DNA of 20,000 nt from an uncultured virus (IMG/VR IMGVR_UViG_3300025853_000056) (taxonomy: Duplodnaviria > Heunggongvirae > Uroviricota > Caudoviricetes): IMG/VR virus record IMGVR_UViG_3300025853_000056; one strand, 5' to 3'. The notes under the pieces are model-generated. The model was not told the DNA's origin and searched no databases. It worked only from the letters and a program-made list of their open reading frames with translations. A program made the position numbers and the translations under genes. Within the stretch, counting starts at the first letter, position 1. Every line of letters begins with the position of its first letter. Shown piece after piece: positions 1 through 8,593 of the stretch.

Positions 1-2
1 GG

Positions 3-1796
3 GAAATAGATAAAGAAGCTTTAAGGATAGCTGCGGAAAAAGATGGTTGGAGTAAAATGGAGTTAAAAATGCTAGAAGAAGAATTGGAGAATAGAAAAGA
101 TGTCTTAGAAATAGAAAGAAGAATTGATGATACAATAAGAGGAAGAGCTAATGCTAGAGCTAGAGAGGGAGTAGATTTAGGGGGTAATTTTAGAGCTGGT
201 ATCGGGGCTATGAAATCAGAATCTGATGCTATATTAAATAATTTAGCTAGAGAAGCTCCTTCTAGATTTGCAGATGGAATGGCTAACGCTTTAAGTGAGG
301 TCGCTCAAGGAACTAAAAGTTTAGGTGACGCTTTCACTGACATGGCGATTGATTTTGGTAGAATGTTGCAGCAGGAAGTTTTCAGGGCTTTAGCTCAAAG
401 AGCTGTTGGTAGCGCACTGACGGGTTTATTTGGTACGGCAGGTAGTGCTGCTGCGGCTGCAGCCGGTAATATGCGCGGAGGCATCATTAAGGCTCAAAAT
501 GGAATGTATATTTCTGGAGGAAGAACCGGAGATAGAAATTTAGCATTATTGGAAGATGGGGAATATGTCTTAAATAGAAATGCTGTTAGAATGATGGGGG
601 GTCCGAAAGGTTTAGATAATTTAAACTTTAACATGGCTCCTAGATTTGCTTCTGGAGGAGCATATTCACTTAGACCTGAACAGCAAAGATTAAAATCTGG
701 AGAATTAGATTTCACTGGAAATTATATATCTAGTAATTCTGCTGGACGTATCAATGATGATATGTTCACTTCTTATGCTTTAGCTGAAGACAAATATTTT
801 CAAGATAAGAAGCAAAAAGCAAGAGAAGCTTTAGAGAGAAGAATCCAAAAAAATTATGAGCGAAAAATGAAAAGAGCTCAATTAATTAGTTCTATTGTGG
901 CTGCGGCTGGCAGTATAATGATGGCGTATGGAGCGTCTGGTATGGCAGCTAGTAGTGCAGCTGGGGCGCAAGGTAAAGCGGCTTTACAGGCTGGACAGAT
1001 GACTGGGGCGGATGCAGCAACACAGGCAGGTTTACAACAGGCTGCTTCAAAAAGTAATTATGCTTTTGGGCAATTTATGCAGAAAAACGCAAATAATATA
1101 TTGGTAAATAATATACCATTAAATACATTAGCTTCCAGCGTAAGTGGAACATTGTCAGAAACTGTATCAGGTTTAAGAAAAATAGGAGCTAATGATGCTT
1201 ATATAAATAATTTCTTGTCTCAAGCTTCAGCGGGTCCTGTTGGAAAAGGAGTTAGCGGCATGACTTCAATATCATCTGGTTTATCAAGTCAAGGAATTGT
1301 GGCGGCGCAAAAAGCTTCTAAAGCGGGTTTATTTTCAAGGCTATTTTCTAGTGGAGCTGGTATAGCTTCTGGAATAGGTAAAAGGCAAGTGGGTGGTATA
1401 ATAGGTTATAATTCAGGTGGATTTGTTCCTCATGGTTCTAGGTTAAGTGATACAATTCCTGCAATGCTTACTGGTGGTGAATATATCATGAATAATAAAG
1501 CTGTTAAGAAGTACGGACTGGGAACAATGAACGCTATGAATTCGGGGGCCTACCAGTCTGGGGGTATGGCTAGCAGCACAACTAATAATAATAGTACTAG
1601 CAATAATAATACTAATATATCTGTAAAAATAGATAGGGCTGGCAATTCTGTGTTTGGCGCAGATTCTAATAGCTATGAGCAAAATGATGTTATTATGTCT
1701 AAGAAGATGGCTAAGCAGATTAATTCTATTGTTTTAAGAACTATCAGTAATGAAAAAAGATACGGCGGCGAACTTTCTAAGAATGATCTAGGATGA
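3..1796 (+). CDS. Phage tail tape measure protein, C-terminal part (5'-truncated by the window edge)
   Basis: The frame of the 57..1796 ORF is open back to position 3 (EIDKEALRIAAEKDGWSKM...), so the real start is upstream. Charged coiled-coil N-part, Ala/Gly-rich helical region (FADGMANALSEVAQGTKSLGDAFTDMAIDF), and two copies of the typical TMP C-terminal motif GG..G...D...A.L..GEY(V/I).N..AV...G. Lies directly upstream of tail-tip genes. Confidence 0.88.
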   Translation, partial: EIDKEALRIAAEKDGWSKMELKMLEEELENRKDVLEIERRIDDTIRGRANARAREGVDLGGNFRAGIGAMKSESDAILNNLAREAPSRFADGMANALSEVAQGTKSLGDAFTDMAIDFGRMLQQEVFRALAQRAVGSALTGLFGTAGSAAAAAAGNMRGGIIKAQNGMYISGGRTGDRNLALLEDGEYVLNRNAVRMMGGPKGLDNLNFNMAPRFASGGAYSLRPEQQRLKSGELDFTGNYISSNSAGRINDDMFTSYALAEDKYFQDKKQKAREALERRIQKNYERKMKRAQLISSIVAAAGSIMMAYGASGMAASSAAGAQGKAALQAGQMTGADAATQAGLQQAASKSNYAFGQFMQKNANNILVNNIPLNTLASSVSGTLSETVSGLRKIGANDAYINNFLSQASAGPVGKGVSGMTSISSGLSSQGIVAAQKASKAGLFSRLFSSGAGIASGIGKRQVGGIIGYNSGGFVPHGSRLSDTIPAMLTGGEYIMNNKAVKKYGLGTMNAMNSGAYQSGGMASSTTNNNSTSNNNTNISVKIDRAGNSVFGADSNSYEQNDVIMSKKMAKQINSIVLRTISNEKRYGGELSKNDLG

Positions 1797-2695
1797 AAAA
1801 CGCAAAAACAAATTACGAAAATATATTTTACTTTGACCAAAGGGCTTTATCTGGAGTTCTATCTGTAGATGGTTCTTATAATTTAGCTTATGAGCCAATA
1901 AATGTTGTTGGGAAAGGGTTTTTAAAACAAGTCATGGGTTCTGTGCCTACGGCGAGCATGTCAGTGAGTAGATATATGACTTATTCAGATCCTATATTAA
2001 ATGCTACTGGCGAAAGATCAAGATTAGCTATTCCATTTAGCGCCGGTTTGTATTATAAAAATAAATATTTTGCTTTTAATAATGGTTATTTAAATTCTTA
2101 TGGTGTTAGTTGTTCTGTTGGTGAAGTTCCATCGATAGAATCTCAATTTGAAATATATGGTGATATAGGGCCTAACTTTAATCCTTCTGGAAATAAAAAT
2201 GTTGGATCAGTTTTCGTGCCTCAAGTAAAAAATATAATATTAACAACAAAGGGGTCAACAACAAATAGAATAACTCAATTTAATATTGATTATAATATAC
2301 CTAAAGTTCCTATATATGGTGTGTCAAGCGCTGATTCTCAATTTCCTATTGAGGTCCATAATATGTATCCAATAGAGGTTACATCTAGCTTTACGATAGA
2401 GATAGATGATTATGAAACAAAAAGTATTTTTGATGATTTGTCTTCTAGCGCATATTCTTCTTTTTCTATCGATGTGAAAGCATCTATATTAAATAATGTT
2501 GGATTATCTGACGCTGATGGCAATAATCTTATAGATGCTATTGATGAAGAAAATTTTAATTCTTTTGATAAAGGAGATGATCCATCTATATTCACTTTTA
2601 ACGCTTCGGATGCAGTTATTGTTTCAGAACAAGTTAGTTCGTCATCAGACGATGTAATGAGTGTAAACTTATCATATAAAACATATTTAAATTAA
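1793..2695 (+). CDS. Virion structural protein, probable tandem tail-tube-fold (baseplate-tube-like) ring protein
   Basis: 300-aa ORF with ATGA overlap to the TMP stop. Beta-strand-rich, with two similar halves (SVDGSYNLAYEPINVVG...GYLNSYGVSCSVGEVPSIESQFEIY / QFNIDYNIPKVPIYGVS...AVIVSEQVSSSSDDVMSVNLSYKTY) resembling tube-fold patterns. The ORF is secure; the fold is inferred. Confidence 0.55.
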   Translation: MKNAKTNYENIFYFDQRALSGVLSVDGSYNLAYEPINVVGKGFLKQVMGSVPTASMSVSRYMTYSDPILNATGERSRLAIPFSAGLYYKNKYFAFNNGYLNSYGVSCSVGEVPSIESQFEIYGDIGPNFNPSGNKNVGSVFVPQVKNIILTTKGSTTNRITQFNIDYNIPKVPIYGVSSADSQFPIEVHNMYPIEVTSSFTIEIDDYETKSIFDDLSSSAYSSFSIDVKASILNNVGLSDADGNNLIDAIDEENFNSFDKGDDPSIFTFNASDAVIVSEQVSSSSDDVMSVNLSYKTYLN

Positions 2696-2696
2696 A

Positions 2697-4472
2697 ATGG
2701 CTAAATTTACAGATTTAACTCCAATATCTGGCCCTAACATGACTAATAGTTATGTTTTTGCGGTTTCCACAAGCTCAGATACAAGATCTTTGAGCTTGGA
2801 TGAACTAGAGCAATCTTTTACAGGTTTGAAAGCCAAAAGTACTGATGGGATCAGTATGTTAGGGAGAACTGTGCCTAGTGGTATAACTGTTGGTGATAAC
2901 GGGTTTGTTGGAATAGATAATGACGATCCAACTTTTTCTTTGCACGTTGGCGATTATAATGGAGTAACAAATCCAGAAATTAGAATAACTGGAGCTAGTT
3001 CTTCTAGATCTGTTGCTGTAACAATGTCTGATTCAGATATTTATTGGAAAAATATTAAAAAAGCTTCTGACTCAGATTATTATATTCAAGTTTCAGATGA
3101 CGACACTAATTATACTGGAGTTTTTAATATAACTACAGGTGGTAATGTTGGTATTTTTGATGGGTCTTCTGATGTAACAAATAAATTGTATGTAAATGGT
3201 GGAGATATTAAATTCCAAAGCGGCATTTCTGGTATTATATTTGATCCGGGTAAAGCAGAGATTAAAACATCTGTAGCTTCAGATATTTTTTATATTAATC
3301 AGAGTAATACAGATGATATCTGTTTAGGTAATGATATATTTTACGTTTCTAATAATGTTTCTTCTCCTGCTGTGGGTATTGGTACGACTTCACCAAGTAG
3401 TCCAATAGAAGTTCACGGTGAAGATACGATTATTAATGTTGCTAATGCGACTTCTTCAAGAAGCAGAATAAGAATAAGCAATAATGTTGCTGTTTCGTTT
3501 TTAACTATGCAATTGAATAAGTTAAGCATAGGGCCGATAAGTTCTTTAAGCACAAATAATATTGTTTATGATTTATCTAATAGAAGATTAGGGTTAGGAT
3601 CGACTGCTCCTGATAATAAATTGCATATTTATAGTAATACGGATAATAGATTATTGAAGATAGAAGGTAAAGCTTCTTCTGTTTCGGAAGTTTTTCAAAC
3701 TAATAATTTTAATAATGATGAAGTTTCTTATACTGGTCCTAGGCATTCAGTGTATACATTTGCTAGATCTGTCGGGACTGGTCCGACATTTACGAATAAT
3801 GTCAGCAAATGGGGTATAGGTCTGTATGACGATGGTGTGGCGGATTCTTATGAAGATGTTTTTGTTTTTAGAGTTGATTCGGATACTTCTTCAGCCTCTT
3901 CTATAAAAGCTTTTATAAATAGAGATGGCGATTTAGATATAAAAGGATCTTTAACTACTGATTCTGATTACACTAAAGGTAAATTTATTCAAAACTATCA
4001 CACAAGGTGTGTATCTAGTGATATTTATATAAATCCATTTGAAGAAAGTTCTTCTACCAGCGCTAACGCTAGTAGCAGCACCGATAACGCTTTTGGGATA
4101 GCTCCTTATGCCGGGACAATTAAAAAAATAAAAATTGTAACAGCTGATACTTCTTTAACGCATTTTACTGCTGGTGCGAGATTTGAAATATCAGTTGTGA
4201 ACGCTTCTTCTGGTGGAACCGATGAAGAGTTAGATTGTTTTTCAGATGTTGCTGCTACAGCTCCAACTTCTTTACCGACAAATGGAGTAGTAGCTCAATT
4301 CAATTTAAGTAGTGTGTCTAGCGCTGGGGATGTATTTACTTTTACGAGTTTTTCGGGTGATCCAAGTTTTGCAGAAGGTCAATTAGTTCAATTTAGAATT
4401 TGTCAAGCTGGAGGATCAGCTACAGATATTAATTGTACTATCATGTCAAGTATTTCTTATACAGTAGATTAA
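2697..4472 (+). CDS. Putative trimeric tail fibre/spike protein
   Basis: 591 aa. Short N-terminal attachment-like segment (MAKFTDLTPI...DTRSLSLDEL), four degenerate G.VGIG...P...LHV fibre motifs (about 2901, 3141, 3369, 3585) spaced about 72-80 aa apart, and a beta-rich C-terminal domain of about 160 aa. Confidence 0.7.
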   Translation: MAKFTDLTPISGPNMTNSYVFAVSTSSDTRSLSLDELEQSFTGLKAKSTDGISMLGRTVPSGITVGDNGFVGIDNDDPTFSLHVGDYNGVTNPEIRITGASSSRSVAVTMSDSDIYWKNIKKASDSDYYIQVSDDDTNYTGVFNITTGGNVGIFDGSSDVTNKLYVNGGDIKFQSGISGIIFDPGKAEIKTSVASDIFYINQSNTDDICLGNDIFYVSNNVSSPAVGIGTTSPSSPIEVHGEDTIINVANATSSRSRIRISNNVAVSFLTMQLNKLSIGPISSLSTNNIVYDLSNRRLGLGSTAPDNKLHIYSNTDNRLLKIEGKASSVSEVFQTNNFNNDEVSYTGPRHSVYTFARSVGTGPTFTNNVSKWGIGLYDDGVADSYEDVFVFRVDSDTSSASSIKAFINRDGDLDIKGSLTTDSDYTKGKFIQNYHTRCVSSDIYINPFEESSSTSANASSSTDNAFGIAPYAGTIKKIKIVTADTSLTHFTAGARFEISVVNASSGGTDEELDCFSDVAATAPTSLPTNGVVAQFNLSSVSSAGDVFTFTSFSGDPSFAEGQLVQFRICQAGGSATDINCTIMSSISYTVD

Positions 4473-4473
4473 A

Positions 4474-5286
4474 ATGGCTAAATTCTTTAATTATAAAGAC
4501 ATTGATTTTAGAATTAATGGAAGCATCTTTTATGCTGAGCAAGTTTCTTTATCTGCTCAAGCTTCCGTTGAGCCTGTTATATTAAGTGATGGAACATTTT
4601 TGAATTATGCTCCAAAGGGAGCTGTTGTTGGGAATTTATCTTGTGATTTTTATTTGAATGGATCATTCCCTTCTTTTTTAGATGTGACTAACACAGATGA
4701 AAGCGCCGTGACGGTTTCTTTTGCGGGAATAACAATAAACAATGTTTTTTTAAAAAATGTGTCTTTTTCTGTAGAGCCATTTCAGCCAGTTTTGATTTCA
4801 GCGGAGTTTGATTGGTATAGTAATATTTTATTTGAAAACATGAAAGAACAATCTAATTCAGCTAGGCAAAGTAAGCCTATACCATCTTATATTGCTCATT
4901 CTTATAAATCTTATATTGATCAAAATAATTTCTATCCAGATGATCCGAATGATTCTTTAGGTAATGTTGTTTCTTTTTCTTATTCCACTTCTTGTGATAG
5001 ACCAATATTCTTAAAAGTTGATCAAACAATTCCTTTTAGATGCGCCAAATTAAATAAAAATATAAGTGTAGATTTAAGCGCGAATAATTTAGGCAAAATA
5101 GTAACAACGAAAGGAAAGAATATTTCAACTATTATTTATTTGAAAGATTTCTATGGGCAAAGTTTATCTACTTTTTCGATCAACGGTGTTATGACTAGTC
5201 AGAGTTATAGTGTTTCTTCTGGAAATTATATGTTAAGTCAGGCTTCTATAGAGAAGATGATAACGGAGGAGAAAGTTTTGGTATGA
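4474..5286 (+). CDS. Virion structural protein, second probable tandem tail-tube-fold ring protein
   Basis: 270 aa, with two beta-rich halves (AEQVSLSAQASVEPV...VFLKNVSFSVEPFQPVLISAEFDWY / VVSFSYSTSCDRPIF...GVMTSQSYSVSSGNYMLSQASI). Same overall pattern as 1793..2695. Lies immediately before the gpM-like gene. Confidence 0.5.
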   Translation: MAKFFNYKDIDFRINGSIFYAEQVSLSAQASVEPVILSDGTFLNYAPKGAVVGNLSCDFYLNGSFPSFLDVTNTDESAVTVSFAGITINNVFLKNVSFSVEPFQPVLISAEFDWYSNILFENMKEQSNSARQSKPIPSYIAHSYKSYIDQNNFYPDDPNDSLGNVVSFSYSTSCDRPIFLKVDQTIPFRCAKLNKNISVDLSANNLGKIVTTKGKNISTIIYLKDFYGQSLSTFSINGVMTSQSYSVSSGNYMLSQASIEKMITEEKVLV

Positions 5287-7163
5287 GTTATTTGATATCA
5301 GGATTAAATATTCAAAATATTAGTGATTATGATTCAACTCAATCGTATAATAAATATGATGTGGTTGATTTTCAGTTGTCTACTGCTGTAGCGTCTTACC
5401 CTCAAAAAGGGGTGGATGGGATTAGGTTTTGGTTTAATAATGAAGCATTATCGGATTTTTCTTTAAATCAAGATTACGATGTTACTTCTTGGACTAATAA
5501 GGTTGCAGCAGATTCTTATCTAAAGCAGACTTCTGAGGACGACGAAGAAAAGCCTTATGTTGATTTTAATGCTGATTATCTAGAATTGTCTAATAAAGAA
5601 AATTTATTTGGCAATACTTTTGAGGTTGGAGAAAATATTAACAGTAGAACTATTTTTATTTGTTTTGATCCTGCTCCTTATTCTTATACCACTTTCGATA
5701 ATCAGACGCTGATGCATTTTGATACAAGTAATTCATTTTCTTCTTCTTATGGGAAATTAGAGATAGGAGGTAATGACTCTTTTTCGGATGCGTCTTTTAA
5801 TACGGATGGAAAAATATATATAGATGGTGTCGGTTACGAAGCTTATTCAAAAATTTATAACACTCAGAATATAATTTGCATCACACTCAGCAAGAGTGGA
5901 GCAACAAAAAATTTAAAGTTGAGGCACAATGGAAAACAAATAGCTGATTTAAACACTTTTAATGATAATTGGTTCAATAGCTATTTAAAAATAGGGGGAA
6001 ATAATGGAAATATTGGTATAAAATATTACGACATAATTGGATTTGATGGAGTTTTAACAGAAGCTTTAATTCAATCTTACGAAAAGTATTTGTTTGAAAC
6101 TTATTTTAATATAGAAGGATTATTTTTTGCAAAAAAGGATGTTCCGGCTGGGTTAGAAACTTCTCCTTTAGCTGGCGGAGGTGGTACTTTTTATTGGACA
6201 AGGAATATAAATGAGTTATTTAATTTAAGTTATGGTAGCAGTGTTGATTTTTCTTGTAAGTTGTCAACAACTGATTTTGATGATGGTTATAAAAATAGCG
6301 TTGCAAGAAATATAAATCCTATAACAGCTACATTTAATTTCGCTTATGATGGGTTGACGGATATAGAAGCTAAAAGTTTGATAGCTTTTTTTGAGAATAC
6401 TCCAGAAGCTAAAAAGAAAAGTATCTATGAGGATTTCGAGGGAGTAAACATGGAGTTGTTCACGCCATACAAAAAAGATTCTGAAATTTATTTTTTAGAC
6501 ATAGATCATTCTACTCCTTACAATAATATAAATTCAATTAATATAAAAGGAGAGTCTTTATATGATAGTTCGTTGGATTATAAAGGCTTGTTGGTGCAGT
6601 TGGATGAACAATATATAAGGACATATACGTCATCTTTAGAAGGGTTTGAATATAACGATGTAGTGTATGTAGATAGTTCAGTGTTTAGAGATAGGGGGTA
6701 CTATTATTATACTGGGGATTCAGTTCAAGGTTCTCTTCCAGAAGAAAATGGTCCTTTAGGAAATGATTCTCATTTTACTAAAAATTTTTATTTCAAACAA
6801 GATATAGATTATAGCGTTCCTTCTCAGATAAGGTTGAGAAATTTAGATTTAGAAAGTTCTACTAGAGAATACGCTAAAGCGGGTATAAATTATAATGTTT
6901 TGCAATTTGATTTAAATTTTTCAAATAGATCAGATCGGGAAGCTAGGGCTATTTTAAAGTTTTTTGATTCTAAGATAGGATATAATACATTTAATTATAC
7001 TTTGCCTCAACCTTATAATAAAACAATAAAGGTTTATTGCCCTGAATGGAGTCATACTTACAATTTTAAAGATGATCACAGCATTAAAGCTAAATTTATA
7101 GAATTCAAATCAGCAGCAGATTATTATGCTGGTTTTAATAGTATTGTTACTTTTGTCCCATGA
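5283..7163 (+). CDS. gpM: Lambda gpM-like minor tail (distal tail/Dit) protein with two gpM-like domains and an N-terminal LamG/ConA-like domain
   Basis: Two gpM-like units: about 6216-6557 (DFDDGYKNSVARNIN...FNFAYDGLTDIEAKSLIAFFE) and about 6786-7106 (AGINYNVLQFDLNFSNRSDREARAILKFFD...FNYTLPQPY...VYCPEWSHT...IKAKFIEF). LamG-like signature at about 5421-6107 (FWFNNE...VTSWTNK...YYDIIGFDGVLTEALIQSYEKYL). Synteny with L-K-I-J. Confidence 0.75.
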   Translation: MSYLISGLNIQNISDYDSTQSYNKYDVVDFQLSTAVASYPQKGVDGIRFWFNNEALSDFSLNQDYDVTSWTNKVAADSYLKQTSEDDEEKPYVDFNADYLELSNKENLFGNTFEVGENINSRTIFICFDPAPYSYTTFDNQTLMHFDTSNSFSSSYGKLEIGGNDSFSDASFNTDGKIYIDGVGYEAYSKIYNTQNIICITLSKSGATKNLKLRHNGKQIADLNTFNDNWFNSYLKIGGNNGNIGIKYYDIIGFDGVLTEALIQSYEKYLFETYFNIEGLFFAKKDVPAGLETSPLAGGGGTFYWTRNINELFNLSYGSSVDFSCKLSTTDFDDGYKNSVARNINPITATFNFAYDGLTDIEAKSLIAFFENTPEAKKKSIYEDFEGVNMELFTPYKKDSEIYFLDIDHSTPYNNINSINIKGESLYDSSLDYKGLLVQLDEQYIRTYTSSLEGFEYNDVVYVDSSVFRDRGYYYYTGDSVQGSLPEENGPLGNDSHFTKNFYFKQDIDYSVPSQIRLRNLDLESSTREYAKAGINYNVLQFDLNFSNRSDREARAILKFFDSKIGYNTFNYTLPQPYNKTIKVYCPEWSHTYNFKDDHSIKAKFIEFKSAADYYAGFNSIVTFVP

Positions 7164-8593
7164 GTGTTACTTATTACGGAATAGAATTAGAGGATGTTCC
7201 AACAGGATTCGGTATTTATACTGGTATAAATATTAGAAATGCTGGAGATACTCCTGTCAGATATGACATATCAATAGAAAAAGTTGATGTAGGGGGTATC
7301 CCGCCGGAAGATGAAGTAGATACACTGTTTCTTTTGAAAGATTTAAACGTTTTTACATCTTTAGAATCAGAATTGCAGATTGAAGCTAATCCTAATTCAA
7401 ACTCAAAGTTTTATGTTGTTCATAAACCTTTTAGAACAGATACTGATGATTATGAAACAGCTAGAATAACCATAAATACTCTAGCTTATAACGGAGATGA
7501 GGATGACGAAATAACTATAGACGTAACTGGCGTGAGAGTAACTGGAGCTCCTAATGAGCCGCCAGTTCCAAATAGTTTTTACACAGTTCTAAATTGGAAT
7601 GCTACTGATGGTGTTCATGCTAAATTTAATTGGTCTTATATTAAAACTAATAGTTATGTTACTGGCTTTAAATTGGATTTAGCATCTGATAGTTCTTTTT
7701 CTTCATTGGTTGATGAAATATTTCTTCCTGTTGAAAGTAATAGTTCAGACATATTGCCAGATTTTGGAAAATATGCAGCATTAAGTGGTTTTGATTTTAG
7801 CTTGACGGCTAAAAATTTAGGTTTTGGTTCTAGCTATTATGCTCGATTGAAAGCTTTAAATAATGCTGTGTCGCCATTATCAGCAGAAAGTAGTTATGTT
7901 TATGGCCCAGTATTCAGAGGTAGCAATCCAAATTTAACTCAAGAACAGATAGAATCAGCAACATCTGCTCCTCCTGAAATTGTTTTAACGCCGGGTAAAC
8001 TGCAAATAATATATAAAGTTACTGAAAATAATAATCCTGTGGATGTTTTGCTTTTGTTAAAAAATGAAAATGGTGGAAATGGTTATAATTTTATGGGGTA
8101 TAATGAGGCTGAAATTATATTTGAGCCGTTACTGAATAATGTGAGCGCTTCTATTGTGGGTAATTCTACATATCCATCACCTTTGTACACATTGGCTCCA
8201 AATGAATATTCTTTTAATGTTGATTCTAATAATATTTTTAAACTGACATTAAAATTCAATAGAGTTAGTTTGTACGGTTATGGCGGTGAAGGGGTGACGC
8301 CTAATTCTTTGGTTGGGGGTAATGGTGGGGCTTTATTTAATTTCGATAATTTAAACTATACAGATAATGGAGTTTTGAAGCAGTTCAACTATTATATAGT
8401 TAAAGATATATATTCTGAATTTGTTGCTGGGGTTGGAGGAGGACAAGGTTTCGTCATTACAGATACAGATACGGAGGATAGAAATAGCGCGATTTATGTG
8501 AACGGAGGCCAAATAGATTATGTTAATTATATAAATTTAGTTGAACAAGACGTTCAAAATGAATCTCTCAATCTTTTAAATGAACTAACATGA
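7160..8593 (+). CDS. Accessory tail protein with Ig-like, fibronectin type III-like and glycine-rich domains
   Basis: 477 aa. N-terminal Ig-like pattern (INIRNAGDTPV...ARITINT...IDVTG), FN3 signature (PPVP...FNWS...VTGFKLDLASDSSF...NLGFGSSYYARLKALN...S.ESS), and C-terminal Gly motifs LYGYGGEG...GGNGGALF...AGVGGGQG. Confidence 0.6.
   Translation: MSVTYYGIELEDVPTGFGIYTGINIRNAGDTPVRYDISIEKVDVGGIPPEDEVDTLFLLKDLNVFTSLESELQIEANPNSNSKFYVVHKPFRTDTDDYETARITINTLAYNGDEDDEITIDVTGVRVTGAPNEPPVPNSFYTVLNWNATDGVHAKFNWSYIKTNSYVTGFKLDLASDSSFSSLVDEIFLPVESNSSDILPDFGKYAALSGFDFSLTAKNLGFGSSYYARLKALNNAVSPLSAESSYVYGPVFRGSNPNLTQEQIESATSAPPEIVLTPGKLQIIYKVTENNNPVDVLLLLKNENGGNGYNFMGYNEAEIIFEPLLNNVSASIVGNSTYPSPLYTLAPNEYSFNVDSNNIFKLTLKFNRVSLYGYGGEGVTPNSLVGGNGGALFNFDNLNYTDNGVLKQFNYYIVKDIYSEFVAGVGGGQGFVITDTDTEDRNSAIYVNGGQIDYVNYINLVEQDVQNESLNLLNELT

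Noticed and set aside
57..59. ATG 57 as the start of the first gene
   Set aside because: The frame is open to the window edge and TMPs are much longer, so this is most likely an internal Met.
3990..4472. Diversity-generating retroelement target at a fibre C-terminus
   Set aside because: No reverse transcriptase and no TR/VR-like pair of about 100-nt repeats differing at adenines was seen in the window.
8574..8593. Slippery heptamer T TTA AAT near the end of ORF 7160 as a -1 frameshift fusing it to ORF 8590
   Set aside because: The -1 frame reads TTT AAA TGA and stops immediately, before ATG 8590, so no fusion is possible without additional readthrough.
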